Notes under the pieces: model-generated
Told to the model about the DNA's origin: nothing
The model's database searches: none
What the model saw: the letters and a program-made list of their open reading frames with translations, nothing else
Shown here: in pieces, positions 18,768 to 27,035 of the stretch
How the letters are laid out: each line of letters starts with the position of its first letter
Position numbering within the stretch: position 1 is the first letter of the stretch
Assembly: GCA_017616055.1 (NCBI GenBank)
Contig: JAFZYX010000120.1
Location: 1-44,824 of the forward strand
Origin: Ruminococcus sp.
GTDB lineage: Bacteria; Bacillota; Clostridia; Oscillospirales; Ruminococcaceae
Reading direction: 5' to 3'
Length of the DNA: 44,824 bases
Made by a program: the position numbers and the translations under genes

Positions 18768-18796
18768 TTGCATTTTTACGAATTCTGAGTTATAAT
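18768..18796 (+). promoter_or_regulatory. sigma-A promoter for spoVG
   Basis: TTGCAT, 17 bp, TATAAT. Confidence 0.7.
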
Positions 18797-18894
18797 AGTT
18801 TATAGGTTTACTTTCTACTGAAATTTAATGTTATAAATATAAACTATTTCAGTGTGCGTACCGTTAGTTACAAAGACTAATAAGGAGGAAAACT

Positions 18895-19185
18895 ATGGAA
18901 ATTACAGACGTAAAAATCAGAAAGATCATGTCTGACGGCAGGCTTAGAGCGGTAGTTTCAGTAACTATCGACGATATGTTCGCAGTACATGACATCAAGG
19001 TGGTACAAGGCGACGAGAGACTTTTCGTTGCAATGCCGAGCAGAAAGGATGAGAACGGAGTTTTCCGAGATATCGTTCATCCTATATCGGCTTCTGCAAG
19101 AAAGTTGTTCGAGGAGACCATACTTGAAGCATATGATAGGCATCTTGCTGTTATGGAGACTGAAGAAAAAGAAGAGATTGCATGA
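18895..19185 (+). CDS. spoVG: Septation regulator SpoVG
   Basis: MEITDVKIRK...FAVHDIKVV...LFVAMPSRK...FRDIVHPI; RBS AAGGAGG. Confidence 0.96.
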   Translation: MEITDVKIRKIMSDGRLRAVVSVTIDDMFAVHDIKVVQGDERLFVAMPSRKDENGVFRDIVHPISASARKLFEETILEAYDRHLAVMETEEKEEIA

Positions 19186-19196
19186 TCAAATAAGAT

Positions 19197-19226
19197 ATTC
19201 AGACCTGCATTTTGCAGGTCTTATTT
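19197..19226. terminator. Probable terminator between convergent spoVG and nudF
   Basis: agacctgca/tgcaggtct 9-bp stem (19201-19221) followed by tattt. Confidence 0.65.
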
Positions 19227-19227
19227 G

Positions 19228-19770
19228 TTATATTCCAAGAATACGCGCAGCCTTTAGAACTGCAATCTGAGTCTTTCCATCGCGGATAGTTCCGTCCATG
19301 ACTTGCTTTACAGCTTCTGATAAGGGTATTCGTTCAACATCAAGAAACTCGTCAGGATCAAGATTCTGACTGCTGAAAGTCAGTCCCTTTGCAAGATACA
19401 TATAAGTTATTTCGGTATTGTAAGCAGGAGTTGGCAACATTTCACCGAGATAGATATATTCGGAACAGGTATAGCCTGTTTCTTCGAGAAGCTCACGCTT
19501 TCCGCATTCTCTGTGATCTTCACCTTTTTCCAGCTTTCCTGCGGGAACTTCACGGGTGACAGTTTGAAACGGATATCGGAACTGTTTAACAAGGAAAATC
19601 TCATTGTTTTCGGTTATGGGTATCACGCATACCCCGCCGTGATGGTGAAGTACGTCGCGGACAGCTGTCTTGCTGTTTTCAAGCTCTGCCTTGTCATGAG
19701 TTATGGTGAATATAGGTCCCTCGTAAATGAGGTTGCTGGATATGGTTTTTTCCTGTAGATGCATTATCAT
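19228..19770 (-). CDS. nudF: NUDIX hydrolase, ADP-ribose pyrophosphatase
   Basis: Nudix box PAGKLEKGED...RELLEETG, QFRYP, DEFL, DGKT. Confidence 0.88.
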   Translation of the reverse strand: MIMHLQEKTISSNLIYEGPIFTITHDKAELENSKTAVRDVLHHHGGVCVIPITENNEIFLVKQFRYPFQTVTREVPAGKLEKGEDHRECGKRELLEETGYTCSEYIYLGEMLPTPAYNTEITYMYLAKGLTFSSQNLDPDEFLDVERIPLSEAVKQVMDGTIRDGKTQIAVLKAARILGI

Positions 19771-22289
19771 TTCTCCTTTTTATTGAAAAGACTTTCGCAG
19801 TACGTCTGGGCAGTCTTTATTTTCTCACATGATGTGTAGTTGTAATAGTGACCAAACCTAAATGTATCGTTTGCGCTGCCTTTTTTTCGGGAAAGAATGA
19901 GAAAAAGCGCAAGTGCTATAGCTGCACAGATGCTAATTATTATTCCCTCTATTAGGTATGGCGTTCTGTATCGGAATACAATGGTATTCTTACCTGAATC
20001 TGCCTTGACAGCCATAAATCCCTCATTAACGCGTTCGATATCGACTTTCCTGCCGTTCACCTCGGCACTCCAACCACTGCTGTAGGGAACGCTGAAAAAG
20101 ACAAGTTGCGGTTGCTGGAGTTTAATTATCGAGCGGAAGCTGTTTTCGTCGTATGAGAAACTCTCAGCGCAACATTGTTGCTTTTGAAGACAGAAAAATT
20201 CATATGTCTTGCGGTTTATGCTTGGATAGTACTCAGAATCAAACTTCGTAAGTATATCATTGTATTTCTCTGCCTGTTCGTCGGTGAGAACAAGTGACTT
20301 TATCATGATGACTTCGCGCTGAATAGCGTTTTTTTGTTTTGCTTCTTTCTGAGTTATATATGAATCGTAAGCCCATCCCATAGGGATGAAGAGTTTGTTT
20401 TGGTATATCTCGAAATTTGCTGTTTCTCCTGCATATTCAAAACCAGTTAGCTCGTCAGGGATTATGACGTTGCTGATATCTTCTTCCTCCGGGTCATTGC
20501 TGACATTTCTTGCTTGTACGGATGGAACCTCCGAAACAAGACTGTTGTAGCTGTTTCTGCTGGATTTCTCCTTGTAAAAATATTTTACAGAGAGGAGACC
20601 CCTCAGACCATAGTGGTGTAGGGAGGGCCTTGAAGCCACATCACGTCTTATACCGATAAAGCTGTAAAAATCCATAATTGATGGGGTAACAACACTATGA
20701 AAGGCTCTTATAGATGGAAGCCCCCATATCATAGAAGCGTTTTCAGTGTTGAATCCAGTATCTGTACGGAAGAAGCTATTATTATCGACAGCTTCATATA
20801 CCTCGTCTTCATAATCTATGAATGAGTCGATATAGTGCTCAGCGGAGCTGACACTGCTTGCAGCATATAGAGTTGTGGTAAATATACATATTATGGATGC
20901 TGCAGATGTTACAAATACCATGAACGCTGTGCTGAGCGTGCCATTTTTCTTTCTTTGCAGTATATGATATGCACAGATTAGAAAAACTGCCGCAACTGCT
21001 ATTGTGATCCAGAAATAGGGGATATCCTCGGGCATTGAGAAGAGCTTTGGCTTTTCTCCGCTTTCCGGTTTTCGCGGAAGTATGCCTACCAGTGCAAAAA
21101 ATGCAAGGATTATGGCACTGGCTTTAAGACCGATGAAACCGTCTGAGGCTTCATCGTCAAGAGTATGAGCAGTCATCATTGCCATTATCAGTATCGGCAT
21201 ATAGAACCATCGCGCATAATAGTATGAGTTGAGTGCCTGAAACAAGCTGTTCAGCACAGGCACAAATGAGAATAATATGCAAATCGCTGTAAGTTTTGCA
21301 GCCCAGTGTTTTTTTCTAAGCTGCATGAATGATATCACGCCTGTCATTGAGAATAATGGGAGATATCCTCCTACTGAAGCCCACATTTCGTAGTTTTGAC
21401 TGAAAAGGATTGGGTATCCTGGAGGATTACATGGCATGAAGAAACTCTGTATTATATACGGAATCAAAGTTCTGTCGGCGTAGGATATCATATCTGTTCC
21501 GTAAAGCCGCTCGTTCAGTCTGTCATTTCCCATAAGAGCCATTGCAGAGGGGAGAAGTATGAATGCAGCAAGGAGAGTTCCAAGAACGGCTTCGAGGACA
21601 AGTAGCAGAAATCTTCGCCATGTTATGTGAAAATCAGGACTTTTGAATCGGCAGAGGCAGTAAATAACAAGAAAAACTGCCTGACCAGCAAAGAAATAAT
21701 AGTTTATACATGCCATAAGCGCTGTTATCAGTGCAAAAGTGCCTCTGCGTTGGTTGTTCACGCACTCCTCCAGAGCTATTAACATGAGTGGAAAAAATGC
21801 GGTAACGTCCTGAAAATGGTTAAAAAAAACGTTGTATATCTGAAAACCAGAGAATGAATAAAGCAGTGCCCCAGTCAAAGCGGCATTGCAGCCTCGGACA
21901 AAACGGCGAATATAGGCGTAGGCGGTAAGGCATGCAACTCCGTGCTTTATGGCAAGTATTACTGGCATTGCATACAGCATGAGACTTCTTGGAAGAAGGG
22001 CTGTGATCCAGAAAAACGGACTACCAAAGAGATAGAACGAATAAGATGTCATAAAGTCAGAGCCGAGGTCGGTGAGCCAGTTCCAGCCAAACTGACCGCT
22101 ACGTACTGTCGTGTTTGCTAGGCAGTAAAATGGTATCTGCTGTGCGTTATAATCACCATAATATATAAAATACCCTTGCTCTGTCAGCATCATAGGAAGT
22201 AGCGAGAACAGCATAGTTCCGAAGCCTATGAGGAATGCTATCAGGTATTTGTCTTTTGTACATCCCGGTCTCATGAAGCTCCTTTTCAC
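19767..22289 (-). CDS. YfhO-family multi-pass membrane protein (GT-C-type surface polymer glycosyltransferase)
   Basis: GDYNAQQIPFY, SYSFYLFGSPF, LLYSFSGF, FFSVPYSSGWSAEVNG and a C-terminal TM; start is GTG 22289 or ATG 22274, both with AAGGAG. Confidence 0.85.
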   Translation of the reverse strand: MKRSFMRPGCTKDKYLIAFLIGFGTMLFSLLPMMLTEQGYFIYYGDYNAQQIPFYCLANTTVRSGQFGWNWLTDLGSDFMTSYSFYLFGSPFFWITALLPRSLMLYAMPVILAIKHGVACLTAYAYIRRFVRGCNAALTGALLYSFSGFQIYNVFFNHFQDVTAFFPLMLIALEECVNNQRRGTFALITALMACINYYFFAGQAVFLVIYCLCRFKSPDFHITWRRFLLLVLEAVLGTLLAAFILLPSAMALMGNDRLNERLYGTDMISYADRTLIPYIIQSFFMPCNPPGYPILFSQNYEMWASVGGYLPLFSMTGVISFMQLRKKHWAAKLTAICILFSFVPVLNSLFQALNSYYYARWFYMPILIMAMMTAHTLDDEASDGFIGLKASAIILAFFALVGILPRKPESGEKPKLFSMPEDIPYFWITIAVAAVFLICAYHILQRKKNGTLSTAFMVFVTSAASIICIFTTTLYAASSVSSAEHYIDSFIDYEDEVYEAVDNNSFFRTDTGFNTENASMIWGLPSIRAFHSVVTPSIMDFYSFIGIRRDVASRPSLHHYGLRGLLSVKYFYKEKSSRNSYNSLVSEVPSVQARNVSNDPEEEDISNVIIPDELTGFEYAGETANFEIYQNKLFIPMGWAYDSYITQKEAKQKNAIQREVIMIKSLVLTDEQAEKYNDILTKFDSEYYPSINRKTYEFFCLQKQQCCAESFSYDENSFRSIIKLQQPQLVFFSVPYSSGWSAEVNGRKVDIERVNEGFMAVKADSGKNTIVFRYRTPYLIEGIIISICAAIALALFLILSRKKGSANDTFRFGHYYNYTSCEKIKTAQTYCESLFNKKEK

Positions 22290-22325
22290 AGCAGTTTTCT
22301 CCTTTAAAAATAGATATACATATGA

Positions 22326-22354
22326 ATTATAACACAATCGGTTCGGAAATGCAA
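22326..22354 (-). promoter_or_regulatory. sigma-A promoter for yfhO-nudF
   Basis: Minus strand TTGCAT, 17 bp, TG-n-TATAAT. Confidence 0.75.
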
Positions 22355-22425
22355 CTAAAAAACGAATATATTTTCGATTACATTGGCATGGACGAAGCAA
22401 ATACTATATAATTATGATATATTTG

Positions 22426-22454
22426 TTGACTTTAATTACTGATTATGGTAAAAT
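22426..22454 (+). promoter_or_regulatory. sigma-A promoter for the scaffoldin gene
   Basis: TTGACT, 17 bp, TG-n-TAAAAT. Confidence 0.75.
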
Positions 22455-22563
22455 ATAAACGGAATTGCTTATTTCATTCAGTATATCTTGTAACATGTTA
22501 TGGCATGCTACTTTTGTAATGATGTACCTTATAATTAATAATACTAAAAAGGAGTAATGAACT

Positions 22564-23943
22564 ATGAACAATCTTATCAAACGAGTTTGCAGTGCTTTAT
22601 TATCGCTTCAGCTTGTTGCATGTGTATCTGCATTGCCAGCGATTGCTGCAGGAAGAGCATTAGGTGAAGCTTACGAACTCAATGATGTTGATCCGCAGGA
22701 TTCAATAATCAAACCTACACTTTCACTTTCAAATGTTCAAGGAACAGCGGCCTCTGTTGTTTCGGTTGAGCTTTCAGTCAGTGGTGCTGATGAAAAATAT
22801 TGCAACACATCAATCCATATCAAGTATGACTCAAGACTTAAGCTTATTAACAGAGATTATGAGTATGCTGAAAAGGGTCCTGCAGGAAAAAAATTAAGCT
22901 ATACACAGGAAAGCGTGGGAGATAACGGAATACTTTTAACAACTGCAGCTGATGCTGATGTAGGCAGAGACGGTGTTCTGTGGATAATGGATTTCCAGAT
23001 TCCTGCAGATGCTAAGGTAGGAGACCTCTATCCAGTTTCTATTTATTACGAGTCAGGTGACTGTTTTACAAATGTTGATAACGATGCTGCTGGAAAACTC
23101 ATGGAAGCATGGGTGTTTACAAACGGCATTGAACAAGGTTCTATTGCAGTTGGTGATGCGTTTGATACAACAACTACTACAGCAAAAACTACGACTACAA
23201 CAACTATGACTACAACTACAACAACTACCACTACAGCTCCGATAACAACAACTGAAGCGCCTGAATATGTTAAGCCACAGATATCAATTTCAAAGGTTCA
23301 AGCTGCTCCAGAGGGAGGTTCTGTAGTAAGTGTCGATCTCAGCGTGAGTGGTGCAGACAAAGAATATGCAATGACTTGTTTCTGTGTGAAATATGATGAA
23401 AGACTTGAGCTTGTTGACGGAGAGGCTAAAATTGGACCAGCAGGTGAGGAGCTTGAATATGGTCAAGCCCTGTTTGATGAGCCTTACCATGAGATTGCTC
23501 TTTGTACAGCAGGTCTTGATAATGCTGGTAGAGACGGCGTTCTGTGGACACTTGATTTCAAGCTTCCCTCCAATGTTAAATCCGGAGATAAATTTGAAAT
23601 AGAGTTTGATTTTGATTCTATGGGGACAAACTTTATTGGTAACATTGAATTTGATGATAGCACATATTTCATGAGTGAATGGGCTAAAGACCATGCTGAA
23701 AATGGTTATATTGAATTAACTGATGAGATTGAAGTAGAAGAACCTGTTTACACAATTGGTGATTTAAATGGTGACGGAGAAATTAATACAGCTGATGTTG
23801 TATTGTTATTGGCTTTAATGACAAATCCAGGCAGATTTACAGAAGCTCAGAGAATTGCGGCAGATATAAACTGTGACGGAAAGGTAAACTTTGCAGATTA
23901 TGTACTTATTCTGGTTTACGATATAATGCGCAGATTTTTATGA
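22564..23943 (+). CDS. Cellulosomal scaffoldin: signal peptide, cohesin, Thr-rich linker, cohesin, dockerin
   Basis: Two ~150 aa internal repeats (VSV.LSVSGAD..Y...KYD.RL.L...GPAG..L...GRDGVLW..DF..P...K.GD); duplicated Ca-binding loops GDLNGDGEINTAD and ADINCDGKVNFAD; RBS AAGGAG. Confidence 0.9.
   Translation: MNNLIKRVCSALLSLQLVACVSALPAIAAGRALGEAYELNDVDPQDSIIKPTLSLSNVQGTAASVVSVELSVSGADEKYCNTSIHIKYDSRLKLINRDYEYAEKGPAGKKLSYTQESVGDNGILLTTAADADVGRDGVLWIMDFQIPADAKVGDLYPVSIYYESGDCFTNVDNDAAGKLMEAWVFTNGIEQGSIAVGDAFDTTTTTAKTTTTTTMTTTTTTTTTAPITTTEAPEYVKPQISISKVQAAPEGGSVVSVDLSVSGADKEYAMTCFCVKYDERLELVDGEAKIGPAGEELEYGQALFDEPYHEIALCTAGLDNAGRDGVLWTLDFKLPSNVKSGDKFEIEFDFDSMGTNFIGNIEFDDSTYFMSEWAKDHAENGYIELTDEIEVEEPVYTIGDLNGDGEINTADVVLLLALMTNPGRFTEAQRIAADINCDGKVNFADYVLILVYDIMRRFL
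23167..23254 (+). repeat. Imperfect ACA/ACT trinucleotide repeat encoding the poly-Thr linker
   Basis: TTTTTAKTTTTTTMTTTTTTTTTAPITTT between the cohesins. Confidence 0.85.
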
Positions 23944-23972
23944 TTATGTCGTGAATAAATATTTATTATGCG

Positions 23973-24000
23973 GAATGCTCCCTTAAAAGGGAGCATTCTT
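23973..24000 (+). terminator. Terminator after the scaffoldin gene
   Basis: gaatgctccct/agggagcattc perfect stem, short T tail. Confidence 0.75.
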
Positions 24001-24015
24001 GCTATTATACACCGG

Positions 24016-24044
24016 TTGCTTTTTTTTAGCATATGTGGTATAAT
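24016..24044 (+). promoter_or_regulatory. sigma-A promoter for iscS-thiI
   Basis: TTGCTT, 17 bp, TG-n-TATAAT. Confidence 0.75.
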
Positions 24045-24081
24045 AAAAAGAATGTTGATTACAAAGGAATTGATAACGGAA

Positions 24082-25212
24082 ATGGAAGTTTACCTTGACA
24101 ATGCAGCGACCACCAAGCCATGCGCGGAAGCTGTTGCGGCGGCTGTGGAAGCTATGACTGAAAAATACGGCAATCCCTCTTCGCTTCACCGTGTGGGACT
24201 GAATGCGCAGCTTCTCGTTGATGATACTAGAAAAGCCTTAGCTTCTGCAATTGGTGTGGAAAGCGAGAATATTTACTTTACTTCTGGAGCTACTGAGAGC
24301 AACAACCTTGCACTCCGTGGAGCATCAGCTGCTTACGGCAGAAAAAGAAAAAAAATAATCATTTCAGCTGTGGAACATGCTTCTGTTGAGGAAACTGCTT
24401 CAGATCTTGAAAGAAACGGATTTGAAATCGTGAGGATTCCTCCACGCGAAGACGGAAGGTATTATGCAGCTGATTTTGTTAATGCCTGCGGTGACGATAC
24501 CTGTCTCGTAAGTATGATGTATATAAATAATGAAACGGGATACATTCTTCCTGTTAAAGAGGCTTTTTCGGCGATAAAACGCAAATTTCCTGATATTATC
24601 ACTCATACGGACTGCGTTCAGGCTTTCATGAAGCTGCCCATTAAGGCGAATGTCCTTTGTGCAGACCTTATTTCACTGAGCGGTCATAAGATACATGGTG
24701 GAAAAGGCGTGGGAGCACTTTACATTAGAAAGGGTGTACGTGTTCTTCCTGTAATTACTGGTGGAAAGCAGGAAAAAGGTATACGTTCCGGTACGGAGAG
24801 CGTTCCTATGATAGCGGCTTTCGGAGCAGCTGTAAAGAAGTTTTCTCAAACTATTACAGAGCGATATGAGAAGGTTAGTATGCTGAAAGCGTATCTTCTT
24901 GGTAAGCTTGGCAGCATTGATGTGGTTGTGATCAATTCTCCTGAAGACGGTTCACCATATGTTGTAAATATTTCGGCAGAAGGTAAGCGTTCAGAGATAA
25001 TGCTCCACTTCCTTGAAAGTAAAGAGATATATGTTTCCAGCGGTTCTGCCTGTTCAAAAGGACAGCAGAGCGGAGTTCTCGGACAGTTCGGCATTAAAGA
25101 TAAGCGTGCAGACAGCGCACTGCGTATCAGCATGACTGCTGAAACTACTGAAGAGGAGATTGATATATTCTGCGAGGCTCTCAGTGATGGCATAGAAAAG
25201 GTTAGAGGATAA
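24082..25212 (+). CDS. iscS: Cysteine desulfurase (IscS/NifZ type, ThiI partner)
   Basis: YLDNAATT, GNPSS, FTSGATESNN, SGHK, RSGT, SSGSACS. Confidence 0.93.
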   Translation: MEVYLDNAATTKPCAEAVAAAVEAMTEKYGNPSSLHRVGLNAQLLVDDTRKALASAIGVESENIYFTSGATESNNLALRGASAAYGRKRKKIIISAVEHASVEETASDLERNGFEIVRIPPREDGRYYAADFVNACGDDTCLVSMMYINNETGYILPVKEAFSAIKRKFPDIITHTDCVQAFMKLPIKANVLCADLISLSGHKIHGGKGVGALYIRKGVRVLPVITGGKQEKGIRSGTESVPMIAAFGAAVKKFSQTITERYEKVSMLKAYLLGKLGSIDVVVINSPEDGSPYVVNISAEGKRSEIMLHFLESKEIYVSSGSACSKGQQSGVLGQFGIKDKRADSALRISMTAETTEEEIDIFCEALSDGIEKVRG

Positions 25213-25248
25213 CAGCTTATATATATATAATAGTATAGGAGAAAAGAT

Positions 25249-26427
25249 ATGAAAGAGTTGATACTTGTTAAATACGGAGAAATGGCACTCAAAGGTCTCA
25301 ATAAAAAGACCTTTGAGGATATGCTCATAAAGAACATAAAGCGCAGACTGAAACCTCTTGGTCACTTTCAGATGACCAGCGCTCAGTCCACGACATATAT
25401 AACTCCACTCGATGATAATATCGATCTTGGCGAGGTAGCAGACAGAGTTGGTAAGATATTCGGTATCGCCACATACTGCCGCGCCTGTGTATGCGAAAAG
25501 GACTTTGAGGACATTTGCAATAAGAGCTATGACTACCTCGAGGACGTTCTGAGCTGTGCAAAGACCTTCAAAGTCAACGCAAAGCGCTCCGATAAGGCAT
25601 TCCCGATGAAGTCTCCTGAGATATGTATGGAGCTCGGTGGAAAGCTGCTGGATAAGTTTCCTCATCTTTCCGTTGATGTTAAAAATCCGGAAGTGACTGT
25701 AACTGTAGAGATACGTGACGAGAATGCTTTCGTACACGCTGAGAATATCAAGGGTGCAGGCGGACTTCCTGTTGGAAGCAGTGGCAAGGCAATGCTTCTG
25801 CTGTCAGGAGGTATTGACAGTCCGGTTGCAGGCTATATGATGGCCAAACGAGGAATTCATATTGCTGCAATTCACTATGTTAGCCCACCATATACTTCTG
25901 ATCGCGCACAGCTCAAGGTAGAGCAGCTCTGTCAGAAGCTCACGGATTACTGTGGTGGTATCGCATTCTACTGTGTTCCGTTTACTGAACTACAGGAAGC
26001 TATAAAGGATCATTGCCCTGAAGAGTTCTTTACTATTATCATGAGAAGGCTCATGATGGAGATAGCTCAGCGTATTGCTGAAAAGGACAACTGCCTTGCA
26101 CTTATCACTGGTGAGAGTGTCGGACAGGTAGCCAGTCAGACAATGGCGGCTATGGTATGTACGGATGCAGCGTGCCGTATACCTGTTTTCCGTCCATGTG
26201 TAGGAATGGACAAGACTGAGATAATCGAAATTGCACGTAAAATAGATACATTCGATACATCAGTGCTCCCATATGAGGACTGCTGTACAGTATTTACTCC
26301 ACGTCATCCAAAGGTAAAACCTATGCTCAGTGATGTGGAAAAAGCTCAGAATAGTTTTGATTTCGAGCCCTTGATACAGAAAGCAGTTGAGGGAACTGTA
26401 ATGAAGACCTTCAATTACGGAGATTAA
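25249..26427 (+). CDS. thiI: tRNA 4-thiouridine synthase ThiI
   Basis: YGEMALKG, THUMP region, GGLPVG, PP-loop LLSGGIDSPVA, GQVASQT, PYEDCC. Confidence 0.96.
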   Translation: MKELILVKYGEMALKGLNKKTFEDMLIKNIKRRLKPLGHFQMTSAQSTTYITPLDDNIDLGEVADRVGKIFGIATYCRACVCEKDFEDICNKSYDYLEDVLSCAKTFKVNAKRSDKAFPMKSPEICMELGGKLLDKFPHLSVDVKNPEVTVTVEIRDENAFVHAENIKGAGGLPVGSSGKAMLLLSGGIDSPVAGYMMAKRGIHIAAIHYVSPPYTSDRAQLKVEQLCQKLTDYCGGIAFYCVPFTELQEAIKDHCPEEFFTIIMRRLMMEIAQRIAEKDNCLALITGESVGQVASQTMAAMVCTDAACRIPVFRPCVGMDKTEIIEIARKIDTFDTSVLPYEDCCTVFTPRHPKVKPMLSDVEKAQNSFDFEPLIQKAVEGTVMKTFNYGD

Positions 26428-26498
26428 ATTTTTGAGTTTTTCACAAATTAATCACATCATTTTTGTGAGATATTAACTAAAGCAAGGACGGCGATTTA

Positions 26499-27035
26499 GT
26501 GGTAAGCGTTAAATTTTCTGAAACTGATACCGATAAACTTGACAAAACAGTTGAAAATGTTGTAAAATTATTAGAACGAAAAAGTCTGACTATTGCTACA
26601 GCGGAGAGCTGTACAGGAGGACTTCTTTCAGAGCTTATAACATCAGTATCGGGCGCGTCTGCGGTGTTTGAGCTTGGAATTTGTACTTATTCTGAGCGGA
26701 TCAAGACCGAATTTCTGGGAGTTCCTGCCGAAACAATTCGGGCTTTCGGTGTTGTGAGTGAACAGACGGCATTGAGTATGGTCAGAGGGCTGAAAAAACG
26801 CTCTGGGGCAGATGTGTGCGTTTCCGTTACAGGTATTGCAGGTCCATCGGGCGGAACTGCTGATACTCCTGTGGGAACGGTATATATCGGTTTCGATATT
26901 TGCGGCAGAGAATTTGTAGAACTGCCGGAGCTATGTAAGCTCAGCGACATGAGCAGGGCGAATATAAGAAAATGCGCTGCTGCTTATGCCTTTGAAATTG
27001 TCGAAAAAATGCTGATGGAGGAGATTACAGACTGA
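26499..27035 (+). CDS. CinA C-terminal domain / PncC nicotinamide-nucleotide amidohydrolase
   Basis: AESCTGG, SGAS, TYS..K, VSVTGIAGPSGG, PVGTVY; GTG start uncertain. Confidence 0.88.
   Translation: MVSVKFSETDTDKLDKTVENVVKLLERKSLTIATAESCTGGLLSELITSVSGASAVFELGICTYSERIKTEFLGVPAETIRAFGVVSEQTALSMVRGLKKRSGADVCVSVTGIAGPSGGTADTPVGTVYIGFDICGREFVELPELCKLSDMSRANIRKCAAAYAFEIVEKMLMEEITD

Noticed and set aside
24846-25737. Longer antisense or alternate-frame ORFs (e.g. 25054-25737, 24846-25337, 36826-37431, 42089-42559, 32613-33089)
   Set aside because: Shadows of well-conserved genes on the opposite strand with no motifs
24082-27035. Functional link between iscS-thiI-cinA and the sortases
   Set aside because: iscS-thiI is an ordinary s4U tRNA modification pair and CinA/PncC is NAD salvage; only adjacency links them
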